Of a stretch of 64,000 nt of DNA, positions 18,200 to 27,700 are shown piece after piece; the stretch's first letter is position 1; every line of letters starts with the position of its first letter. This DNA comes from an uncultured archaeon (lineage in GTDB: Archaea; Micrarchaeota; Micrarchaeia; Anstonellales; Bilamarchaeaceae), in the NCBI GenBank assembly GCA_963734525.1, contig CAVTHI010000008.1, forward strand, positions 216,450 through 280,449, in the 5' to 3' direction. The notes under the pieces were generated by a model. The model did not search any database and had not been told where the DNA came from. It saw only the letters and a list, made by a program, of their open reading frames with translations. A program made the translations under genes and the position numbers.

Positions 18200-18299
18200 G
18201 ATATTGAAAGGGCAGAGAGATAATAAAAAGCTTTAGGCGATTATGGGGCCGGCCCCGCGCGGCGCATTGGCGGCGCGGGTTTTTCGGAATGGGGCATGG

Positions 18300-18878
18300 T
18301 TAAGCGACATCCGGAAGGGAGTCGATGGTGTCCGCCGCCTTCTTCCGGTATTGCTTGACCGCAAGCCCCAGGCTCATCATCTGGACGCCGGAGCAGGAGG
18401 CGCACGCGATTATGGTCGCCTCGTTGTCCAGGTAGTCGTCGATGATCCGCTCGGGGCTTTTCGAGAAGAAGCCATCGTCCAGAATGCGGCGGATTGACGC
18501 GAATGCGCTGGTGAATAATGACGTGAGGGCCGGGTTTTTGCGTTCGGTCGCGGCATCGAGCATTTCACCGTTCTTGTCGAGAAGGTACATCGCGACCGCC
18601 AGCCGTTCTATCCTCAAGTCGAAATCCGTCGGGAAACCCCCCTTGCAGAGTTCGCGGACCAGGCTTTCCATCTCGGTTTTCATCTGCCCCTTGAATGCGG
18701 TCAGCTCCCACGCGGTCCTGCGGGCTTCCAGCTGCATCTCGGCCGGCGCCCTTGAATGCGCGCCGTCCACGAGGGCGCTGAACCCCCTGACGACGCTCCG
18801 AAGGTTGGCCTGGCGGTTGTCAAGTATCCTCAATTCTTGTTCGCTCAGGACGCGGCCCGCCATATGGCTGTTTTGCAC
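18300..18878 (-). CDS. Hypothetical helical protein (tandem paralog of 17651-18199)
   Basis: 192 aa with RLAVAMYLLDKNGE and DDYLDNEATIIACASCSGVQMMSLGLAVKQYRKKAADTID blocks. TTTATAAA box ~23-30 nt upstream of the start. Confidence 0.6.
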   Translation of the reverse strand: MQNSHMAGRVLSEQELRILDNRQANLRSVVRGFSALVDGAHSRAPAEMQLEARRTAWELTAFKGQMKTEMESLVRELCKGGFPTDFDLRIERLAVAMYLLDKNGEMLDAATERKNPALTSLFTSAFASIRRILDDGFFSKSPERIIDDYLDNEATIIACASCSGVQMMSLGLAVKQYRKKAADTIDSLPDVA

Positions 18879-18979
18879 GGAAATGTTTATAAACAGGGCA
18901 AAAAAAGGGGCATTTTCGGGTGATTGGGGCGGCCCCGGATTCGCAGAAACGTCCAGACGACAGTGGAAGCCGCACTAGA

Positions 18980-19039
18980 TTTAAATATTCGCGCGTTGCG
19001 ATACTAGCTAGTAATATTATAGGCTGTCGTTCAAAGGTG
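18980..19039 (+). promoter_or_regulatory. Putative promoter and RBS of the giant locus
   Basis: AT-rich TATA-like boxes TTTAAATATT (18980-18989) and TAATATTATA (19012-19021). AAAGGTG Shine-Dalgarno at 19033-19039, 7 nt before ATG 19047. Confidence 0.4.
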
Positions 19040-19046
19040 TCATGCT

Positions 19047-19403
19047 ATGGTAAAAAGGAGCGCTCCGAACGTCCCCGGCTCCGGAAGCGGGAGAGGCCAG
19101 GATGAGGAATCCGCCAGCGGCGGCGGGTTATATTCCGTCTCGGCGATAGACGATATGGAAAGGCAGGCCCTGGACAAGGCGAACAAGGCCATTTCCGCAA
19201 TCGAGAACGCCATCGCGGTCTGGGAGGCGTCGCAGGACAAGCCCGAGGACCTGAAACCCCGCATGATACGGCTCAAGTATTTCTATGACGCGCTCTCGAA
19301 CTGGGAGAAAAAGCTGCTTAAAAGCATGGGAAGGAAGGACCAGGTCGGCGAACGGGTCGAGAGGCTCAAGGAATTCACCGACATCTGCCTGACGTACTCG
19401 TGA
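19047..19403 (+). CDS. 118-codon acidic helical protein, first gene of the giant locus
   Basis: Clean ATG with SD. Sequence ...MERQALDKANKAISAIENAIAVWEASQDKPEDLKPRMIRLKYFYDALSNWEKKLL... Its stop overlaps the next start (GTGA at 19400-19403). Confidence 0.6.
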   Translation: MVKRSAPNVPGSGSGRGQDEESASGGGLYSVSAIDDMERQALDKANKAISAIENAIAVWEASQDKPEDLKPRMIRLKYFYDALSNWEKKLLKSMGRKDQVGERVERLKEFTDICLTYS

Positions 19404-20566
19404 TTGCCATGGGAGGACAATTCGCAGAACGGACCGCGGCACCCCCGCAGGCGGGGATACCGGCCATGCAGATTACGGCGGCGGACAACATACTTCGGGA
19501 GCTCAGCAGCCAGAGCCAGCGCGGGCGCGAGCAGGCGCCGCAAGCCCGCCAGGCTATAGAGGCCGGCGAAGCCACCCTGGTTGCCGCCAGGGGACTGGCC
19601 CAAAGCTTCACCCGCCCGAGGGCAGAAGGAGGCCTCGGCTACCAGCCGCGCCACGGGACTACCGTGGAACAGAGGCGCCAGGAAGAGCTCGCCCGCCTGA
19701 CAACGGCGAGGGAAAGGCTCGTCGAACTGCGCGGGCACACTTTCGGAGACGCAGTCGTAGACCAGAATTTCCGGAGGGTCCTCGACGCCCAGATAGGGGT
19801 AGTCGATGCGGCGCTGGTGCGCGTCCACGGGGGGACGAAGCCGGTCACCACAGATGACGTCGACCATGCGCATAACAGCATGAACCAGGTCCAGGGGAAC
19901 ACCGGCCAGATTGTCGAGGTCGCGACGACGGTCACCGCGGCCATGAGGGCAGGCCTGCCGCCCGAGCTCGCGCGCAACGCGTCCGCGGCCCTGCATTTCC
20001 ACCAGTCCGGCCAGGCGCTGAGGGCGAGGCTGATTCTTCGCGGAGTCAGCGAGACCGCGCGGAGAAGTGACACGTTCCTTTCGCAGGACGGCAGCGGACA
20101 GCTCGACGCGATTACGGCCACGACGACACAGCTCGCGGACACAACGAGAACGATGTCGGACCAGGACCTGGCGAGGGCCGGGCAGGACATCACGAACATC
20201 ATGGGCGGGGCCGATGCGTTAGCGGCCGCCAGGATGGAGGCGGCCAGGCAGGCATTCGACGCGCAGAACCGCACGCTGCGCTCCACGCTCGCTTCCGAAA
20301 CCAATGAAAGGATGAAGGTCCAGCTCAGGGACATCATCGCGGACAACGAAGCGATGCTGGCACGGCTCCAGAGGGGGAGCACGAATCCGCCCGAGCGAGC
20401 AGGAGCTCAGGCTGTTGTCTTCGAGGACGCTGGCCGTCCGCTCCATGTGCGAGGATTTGGCCAGGACGCCGGCCGGGCCTGCGGGAGCCGGCCAGCCGCA
20501 TCTACAGCGCCGCGCTCACGGTGCTCGACACGCCCCCGACCGCGCAGGAGAACGCGGACGCGATAA
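19400..20566 (+). CDS. Giant-locus segment 1: Ala/Arg/Gln/Thr-rich helical protein, probable N-terminus of the mega-ORF
   Basis: GTG 19400 (or ATG 19409) is coupled to the upstream stop. The last ~40-60 codons (…GRACGSRPAASTAPRSRCSTRPRPRRRTRTR) look out of frame. Confidence 0.65.
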   Translation: MIAMGGQFAERTAAPPQAGIPAMQITAADNILRELSSQSQRGREQAPQARQAIEAGEATLVAARGLAQSFTRPRAEGGLGYQPRHGTTVEQRRQEELARLTTARERLVELRGHTFGDAVVDQNFRRVLDAQIGVVDAALVRVHGGTKPVTTDDVDHAHNSMNQVQGNTGQIVEVATTVTAAMRAGLPPELARNASAALHFHQSGQALRARLILRGVSETARRSDTFLSQDGSGQLDAITATTTQLADTTRTMSDQDLARAGQDITNIMGGADALAAARMEAARQAFDAQNRTLRSTLASETNERMKVQLRDIIADNEAMLARLQRGSTNPPERAGAQAVVFEDAGRPLHVRGFGQDAGRACGSRPAASTAPRSRCSTRPRPRRRTRTR

Positions 20567-21807
20567 TGGGGAGGTTCAACACGCTGATGGCGGCAAGCTC
20601 CGCGCTGAGGATGTATCCCGCCACGTCGGGCGCGCTCGGACGGGAGCAGACGCAGAGGAGGAACACGATAACGCGCGAGGCGCAGGCAATCGCCGAAGCG
20701 GAAACTCCGCAGGCGCGCGCCGCGGCCGAGCGCCAGCTGACGACGACGCTTGCGACATACGTGTCGCGCGACATCACCGCGGTCGCAGGGGCGGTGCCCG
20801 GCGAGGCGAGGACCGCGCTCGATGCAATCGCCGCGCCGCTGGCGCAGCCAGGGACTGCGACGACCGCACAGGTCCAGGCCGGCATGCAGGCGCTTGCCGC
20901 GGTCGCCCGGCTCGGCGACGCGATATCGCCGTCGCACCGGATGGACCAGGACACGAGGAACGGCGTAATCGCGATTTACGCCCGGGCGCTCACGGCGCTT
21001 CCCCAGGCCGGGGGCATGGAAGCGTTCAACACGCAGATTGCGCTGGCGGGAAGGTATGCCGAAAGCCCAGCGCAACGGGCCGAGATTGCGCGCGTTTCGG
21101 AAAGGGCCGCTCAGGGCGGCGAGGGGCTCCAGCTCGCGCAGAGATACCTCGAGGCGGACAGGCAGGTGAACACGGTCCGCGAGCAGCGCAGGGGATTGCC
21201 CGCCGGAAGCGAGGCGGCAAGGGCGCTCGACATCATCGTCACGAACCTGGAAACGTACCGGACGAAAATCGCGGCCGGGCAGGACATCGCGACCGAACAG
21301 CAGATAACGGACTGGACCGCGAGAATCAGGCGGGACAAGGATACGGACCCGGCCATCGCTAGGCAGGTCGAACGCAGGAGGGCCGCCATATTGGCCGAGA
21401 ACCCCACGATGGATCCCGCGGCCGCCGAGGCCCAGGCGATATCGTCGATGGGACGCGAGATGGCGAATGCGTCCGAGCAGAGCAGGATAACAACGCTCCT
21501 CGAAGCGGGCGAACAGATGATGCGGGCGCTCCAGACGCCGCACCTGGCCGGCAGCCTCAAGAACGACCTGGGCAGGATTTTCAGGCTCGCCATCGACGCC
21601 ATCTCCCAGGGCAATGCGCAGGACGGGGCCACGTACAGGGACGCGGCCACGGCTTACCTGTCGCTGCGCGGAAGCCGCAACGCGAGGGACCGCGCGGACA
21701 TAATGCAGATTGTCCGCGCGAGCCGAACAAGCCACGCCTGCGGCGGGGCAGGGCAGGTTCACGGACGTGCAAATCCGCTCCCTCCAGGTTTACCGCCAGT
21801 TCGGTGA
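20521..21807 (+). CDS. Giant-locus segment 2 (helical)
   Basis: Only a GTG start. The frame is already open and reads sensibly upstream (…LREPASRIYSAALT|VLDTPPTAQENADAIMGRF). The tail …SHACGGAGQVHGRANPLPPGLPPVR looks out of frame. Confidence 0.65.
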   Translation: MLDTPPTAQENADAIMGRFNTLMAASSALRMYPATSGALGREQTQRRNTITREAQAIAEAETPQARAAAERQLTTTLATYVSRDITAVAGAVPGEARTALDAIAAPLAQPGTATTAQVQAGMQALAAVARLGDAISPSHRMDQDTRNGVIAIYARALTALPQAGGMEAFNTQIALAGRYAESPAQRAEIARVSERAAQGGEGLQLAQRYLEADRQVNTVREQRRGLPAGSEAARALDIIVTNLETYRTKIAAGQDIATEQQITDWTARIRRDKDTDPAIARQVERRRAAILAENPTMDPAAAEAQAISSMGREMANASEQSRITTLLEAGEQMMRALQTPHLAGSLKNDLGRIFRLAIDAISQGNAQDGATYRDAATAYLSLRGSRNARDRADIMQIVRASRTSHACGGAGQVHGRANPLPPGLPPVR

Positions 21808-23341
21808 ATATGAATCCAGGATTACGGACAGGGGGACGTTCAACAACGCGCGCGCATATTTCGATTTGGCGCTCATCGCCGCAAGGGGCAACGACCCGCG
21901 CCAGTTCCAGGCCATCCTCGACATGGCGAACCTTTACGCGGGGATGAGCACGATTCCGGAGAGCTCGATGACGCCCGACCTCCTTCGCCAGCGGAACGAG
22001 GCGAGGAGCTTCGTCACCGCCCAACTCGGGGATTACAGCGCCGACCGCAACATCAGGGGCGGGAAAAGGCTGCTCGACCTAAACAGCGAAGGCAGCCGCA
22101 CATGGCGGCTCGGGAGGGGCGTCGAGCTGAGGCCGATAGCCAGGGCGCTCGTTTCCACTAACGCCCCGGCAACTGCGGAACATCCGCACGAGACGATTGC
22201 AGGCGCGCTCGGCAACGGGAATGCCGCAGCGGGCCTGACCGCGTTCCAGCAGATAGCGGCGCAAACCAACACCCACATGCAGAGCATGGATGCGGTGCAG
22301 TTCGAGCAGAGGGCGCGCACCTTAGAGGGCGGGGACGAGGGCTCGAGGACCAGGACGCGCATGGACAGGCGCTACAGCCGCGAGGGCACCAGGCTCCGCA
22401 ACTCCGCAACAGCGGCCGAGAGGGCGGGCGATGCGGCGCTGGCAAGATACTACCGCGACCAGGCCGAGCTCGTGGACCCGCAGACATTGCGCGGCAATGT
22501 CGCGTCCGCAAGGGACATATACAGGCGCAGCACCGAGGAGAGGGCGCTTGCGACGAGGCTGTCCGCAGACGCGGTCAATGTGGCGACGCCGGATGCCGCC
22601 CGCGAGAGGCAGAGCGCGGAAGCGCTGATAGCCCTGCTACCCGAGGGGCAGAGGGCTGATTTCACAAGAAGGCTCACCGAAGCCGGCGACAATGCCGGAA
22701 GGGTGCGCGCAGTTTATACCGACGTGCTCGTAGCCCAGCTTCCCGAACGCGAAAGGACGCAGTTCACGCAGATGCGCCAGCAAGCCGGCCAGCTCGACCT
22801 CCCCAGGTCGAGGGCGGTGGCCACGCGGATGATAAGCATGCTGCCCGAGGGGATGCGGGCGGGATACACAGAGCGCCTCCGGGCGGCGGGTGAAAACCTC
22901 GAAACGACGCGAGGCATCGTGCAGGAAATCATGCACGTGCAGCTCGTGGGCGGCGAGGCCCAGCTCCACGCGGGGCGGAGCATGGACCTCCGCACGCAGG
23001 CGAATACCGTCCTCGAAGGCACATCGACGCTCGACCGCAGCGTCGGCCTCGATACGAGAAGGGCCGAGAGCGGAAGGCAGGAGCTGGTGGTCGGCATCAG
23101 GACGACGATAGCCATGGCAAGCGGCTATGCGACGGACCTGCTCGGCAACGTGCTCATGGAACCGCAGGGCGAGGGAGCCGCGCAGAGGCAGGTTCCGGTG
23201 AGGGCGCCCCCCGACGCGGTGCAGCTCCAGCGCGAGCAGGCGCGTCTCGCGCTCTCGAGCGGGACGACGGCTCGTCCAGGTCCAGGAGCAGACAAGAGCG
23301 ACGAGGGACCGCGGCCTTGCATCCGCAAGGACACTTGCTGA
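21710..23341 (+). CDS. Giant-locus segment 3 (helical; start of the LP-motif repeats)
   Basis: TTG is the only possible start, 6 nt after in-frame TAA 21701. Contains ALIALLPEGQRADFTRRL, LVAQLPERERTQFTQMR and MISMLPEGMRAGYTERL. Confidence 0.65.
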   Translation: MSARAEQATPAAGQGRFTDVQIRSLQVYRQFGEYESRITDRGTFNNARAYFDLALIAARGNDPRQFQAILDMANLYAGMSTIPESSMTPDLLRQRNEARSFVTAQLGDYSADRNIRGGKRLLDLNSEGSRTWRLGRGVELRPIARALVSTNAPATAEHPHETIAGALGNGNAAAGLTAFQQIAAQTNTHMQSMDAVQFEQRARTLEGGDEGSRTRTRMDRRYSREGTRLRNSATAAERAGDAALARYYRDQAELVDPQTLRGNVASARDIYRRSTEERALATRLSADAVNVATPDAARERQSAEALIALLPEGQRADFTRRLTEAGDNAGRVRAVYTDVLVAQLPERERTQFTQMRQQAGQLDLPRSRAVATRMISMLPEGMRAGYTERLRAAGENLETTRGIVQEIMHVQLVGGEAQLHAGRSMDLRTQANTVLEGTSTLDRSVGLDTRRAESGRQELVVGIRTTIAMASGYATDLLGNVLMEPQGEGAAQRQVPVRAPPDAVQLQREQARLALSSGTTARPGPGADKSDEGPRPCIRKDTC

Positions 23342-24700
23342 GGGACAACAACATCACGCAGGCGACAGCCCTTATAAACCGCATGATAGACCTGCTTCCC
23401 GAGGGCAGGAAGGCGGAGTTCAGGTCGAGGATTGCCGCCGCCAATCAAAGGAATGAAGGCGAATCGGAAAGCGCGTTCCGGCTCAGGCAAAATGGCATCC
23501 TCCAATCAACGTATGCGGAACTGGGCAATCTCACAGGCACGCGGACGACGAACGAGCAGGGCAACTTGATTTATGATACGGTCGGAAATTATGCGGATTA
23601 TCGTGTCGTTTCGGGGATGTTCTGGTCCGAGCGGTTCGATGCCGCAGGCTCTGCGATGAACGGCGCTGCCGCAACCATCGGCATCCAGTCGAATCGCGCC
23701 GGCATGTGGGTCACGAACCGCGTATTCGCGATTCAAAGGGAGGCGGCCGCTGAACGGACAGGCTTCCCTCCGGGGATGAATGCTATTGCTTCTGCGCTGT
23801 TATCGCCAGAAGGATTGGGGCTGGCCGGCGGAAGGACAGTGACCCCCCCGACTGACGCGACGCTCAATGAGATAATAAGCCACCTTCCGGCGGATAAGCG
23901 CGCCGATTACCAGGCGCGGCTTGCCAGGATAAGGGAGGCGGAGGGCCGCGCGGGAGCCGCAAGGCCCGGCACCCCAGATGCCATCACAAGGGACATTTTC
24001 ATGGAGGGCGGAGGCAGGCAGGGCCTCCTCGAATCCCTTGCGAGCGAACGGATTAGGACGCCGGCTGGAAGGGACGTGAACCTGCTCACAACCATCGCCA
24101 GCCGCAGCCCCCTATACTTCGATGCGGAAGGATATGACAGGAGGTTCGTCTCGGCGCAGGCGGCCGTGGACAGGGGCAATGTCGCCGAAGGGAACAGGAT
24201 TCTTCTCGGGCTGACCGGCGGGCGCCAGCGCGACGGGACCGAGGTCGTCGGTGACATCGAAATCGGCCAGGGAATGGAATCGAGCGATATCAGGCGCTTC
24301 ACGCTTAGGGCCTCGGCATGGACCCAGGAGAGGGCCAGGTCCGGCGTCCGCGGGGAATTCATGGAGGGCGCGCCGCCAGGCACGGAAGAGACGCGCGCAA
24401 GGCAGATGAGGGAGGACCGGAATCTGGCAATCGTCCCGGTTCTCGAAGCCCTGGAAGGCAGCATGGGAAGAAGCGTTTCCGAGCTGAATGCGGCGGCGAC
24501 TGCGAACGAGAGGGCGAGGGACGAAATCGGAACGACAAGGACTGTGCTGAGGGTCAACGATTCACTCGTAGCAAACCTCTGGGCCATGCTTCCGAGGGAT
24601 GCCGCCTCCAGGTACGACGCCCGCATTGACGAGATGAACGCGGGGGGGACGTCTCCGACAAGGCGCAATGAAATCGCGCGCGAGCTTTACGCCGAGATGC
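22618..24700 (+). repeat. Six dispersed copies of a helical 'LP' motif (hh..hLPxxxRAx[YF]xxRh) spanning the segment 3/4 junction
   Basis: Copies near 22621, 22727, 22828, 23381, 23868 and 24569. Examples: MIDLLPEGRKAEFRSRI, IISHLPADKRADYQARL, LWAMLPRDAASRYDARI. Confidence 0.6.
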
Positions 24701-27700
24701 GCACGCATCCGGAGGAGTTCCGGCAGGCGAGGGAAGACCTGCTAACTCACAGCGGCACATATTTCACCCCATACCGGGCCCAGCTCGAGGCGGATGGAGA
24801 GACTACGTATGCCGAAGGCAGGCACCAGCAGCGCAGCGTCGGCTGGACGTATGCGAGGCTGCAGTTAACGTCGATGCAGGACGATTTGAGGATGGGTGAC
24901 CAGGCCCAGACCTACAGGGAGGGGAGAAGCGCCCAGACACAGCACGCAAGGGACGCTCTCGACCGGGCGAAAGGAAGGCCGGGCAGGATGTACCTCATCT
25001 CGGACGCGCACAGGGAACACGCGGCGAGGAGGGCCGAGGCCGCGCTTGCCATGCTCCATGAGGACAACGACTACCGCGCGCAGGACATACTCCGCAGCAA
25101 CGAGACATTGACCGCGCCAGTATACGAGTTCCACGGCCCGAGCCGCGACTGGAATTATGCGCGGGTGGGGACGGATGTCAACATCTACAGCGATAGGAGC
25201 GGCAGCGGAAGGCGCATCGGAGGCCGCCAGATAAACCCGATTGACGAGATGGACACGCTCAACCGCGCCGAGAACATGGAGCTCACGAGCTATACCGACA
25301 GCGACCTGTTCTATGATTCCAGGGCGCGCGTCCGGCCGCAATTTGAAACGATAGGCCGGAACCAGACGGACCTGCAGCTTGGGCTCCTCGGGTTCCGCAG
25401 GGTCCCTCTTCTCAACGATCCTGACGGATACACCCACCGCATCGTATCATGGACGCCTGCATCCGAAGCGGAGTACGCGAGGGTTAATGACGCCTACACG
25501 CAGTTCATGCGCCTTCGCGGGCAGATGCAGTCATCGGTTTTCCAGCACGATTCGCCATGGGGCGACGACCCGCAACTCCGGTTCCTTGAGCGGACCGCAG
25601 AGCGCACTTCGAACGCGGCTTTGTCGGTATACGAACTCCAGCCATACCGAATGGATGAAAGGCCCACCGGCACGAACGCTGAAAGGCTGGCGGCATCCCA
25701 AAGCAGGCTGAGGGACAGCGGATTGTTCGTCCAGGAGGGGAACCAATATGTCGACAGGGATTTTGCGACAAGGGATGCGCTATCTAGCATGACGAACTAC
25801 CGCAGCGGCTACAACGTCGTCTGCGGAGTCGGCGAGTTCGCGGTCGCAACCGCAGGCGTCGTCTTCGCGCCGGTCACCGGAGGGGCGTCCCTCGCACTCA
25901 CGGTCGGCGTCGGCGCAATGGGCGTGCACCGCGGATTAGTCATGAGGGAGCAGGCCGGCGAGTGGACCGGCATGGCGACGTTCACTACGGTCATGGGCGG
26001 AATCGGGATGGTCCTGCCTGTTGCCGGCGAACTCGCAGGAGGGGGCAGGCTGCTTGCAGGCGGCGCTGAGCTGGCAAGCGAACTCTCTGCAGGAAGCAGG
26101 ATTGGAACCGCGGCGACGGAAACCGCAGTCGCATTGACAAGGAGCCAGAGGGCCCTCCAGTGGGCTGTGGGCGTCGGCAACGAGGCGAACTGGGCGCAGA
26201 GATATGTCGGGCGCACTGTGCTCGGCGCGTATGAATTGAACCTGGCACAGCGCGGCGTGCACGTGATGGGAACCGGCATGATGGCCGGCGGCTTCGCTCA
26301 GTTCGGCTACCAGCTCCCGCAGATGATAGAGGGCGTGCGCCGTGGCGACATGGCCTGGTTCGAGGCGGCCTTCGGCGGCTTCCAGGCGATCGTCCAGCCC
26401 ATGGCGCAGGCGGGCTTCGTGCAGTTCCGCGTGGGGCAGGCGGCAAGGGGAGGCGGCATTCCAGCTTACAGGCCCGCGTGGCAGCAGGGAGTCGAGGCGG
26501 TTTTCCTCGGCCACCCGCTGACGCTGGGGCAGGAGCACGCGCAGTCTCTTGCTTATCACAACGCGCGGATAGAATTCAATGCCCTCCCGCAGACGGTGAG
26601 GGAATCTTACGTTTCATTCAGGGACAGCACGGGAATACGGCTGCCGCCGGACGTCGAGGTTCGCGTCCTGCGGGAGTACCGCGCGGCGAACGAGCAGGGG
26701 ACCGCGAGGAACTTCCAGGAATTCGCGTCAGGTTCCAGGGATGTGCAGGTCGCGCGGCTCGAAGCGGTCCGCGACGCGATTGTCGAGGGGAGGGTGAGGC
26801 TGTCCGAACTGCCCCGCGACCAGCAGGAATATATCCGGACGAGGCAGGCCGGCGGCAGCGAAGCCGCCGCGCTGACCGCCCGCGACCTGGCCATCGCAGA
26901 ATCCAGGGCGCCTGCGCCAAGGACGCCTGAGACGGTCGCGGAGCAGAGCAGGGCGACCCTTGAGCGGCTCGACCGCGCCGCGGAGATGCGCGACCGGAGG
27001 GACGCCGCGGCCGCCGCAGTCCAGCTGAGGCAGGAGAGGACGGATTTGAGCGGCTCGTTCGATGCGGCTTTCACCGGGAGGAGCTCGGACGGGACGACGA
27101 CCACTTACACGCTCGGCAGGGGCGAATCCGCAATCACGTTCGGGGAGCAGCACGTCTCGCTCGCGACCGACCTCGCATTCAACGCGCAGAGGATTGTGCG
27201 GAGGCCGGAAGGCCAGACGATGGAGCGCGCGGCCGCTGAAGCGCGGACGAGAATCCGCGCCCAGCTTGAGCCGGAGGTCCGCGCGAACAGGATGAGCGTG
27301 GCTGACGCCGAGCGGATTACCGGCGAAAGGATGAGCCGCGTCGAGCAGATGGCCCGCGACCCGGAGTTCGTCCGCGCCACGCCGCGCGACGGGGCGGCGA
27401 ACAGGGGCGAACAGCTGCGCCTCGGGCTCGAGAGCGCGGGATTCCTGCCAGAAATCGCTCCAGGCCGGATGTCATCAGGGCGAGGAACTCGGTCGAAGTC
27501 CTCAGGATTCTTAACAGCAGGGAGCTCACGCCGAACGACCTTGAGGTTTTCGCTTTCAGGAGGCAGCAGCAGTCCGAGGAAGCGGAGACGAGCGCGCTGG
27601 GCATGGAGACTCGCGCCGCAAGGTTGCGCGAGAGCAACCCCCAATCGCGCGAGGCTACAGCGCTCGACGCGAGCGCGCAGAGGCTCCGCGCGGAAGCGGC

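Noticed and set aside
20415-21362. 315-aa plus-strand ORF in a third frame inside segments 1-2, plus similar alternative-frame ORFs (29222-29968, 24318-24629, 26478-26930)
   Set aside because: Arg/Gly/Asp junk composition. Only its first ~25 codons (…LSSRTLAVRSMCEDLARTPAG) might be genuine if the 20390-20520 junction involves two shifts rather than one. The rest is an overlapping-frame artefact.
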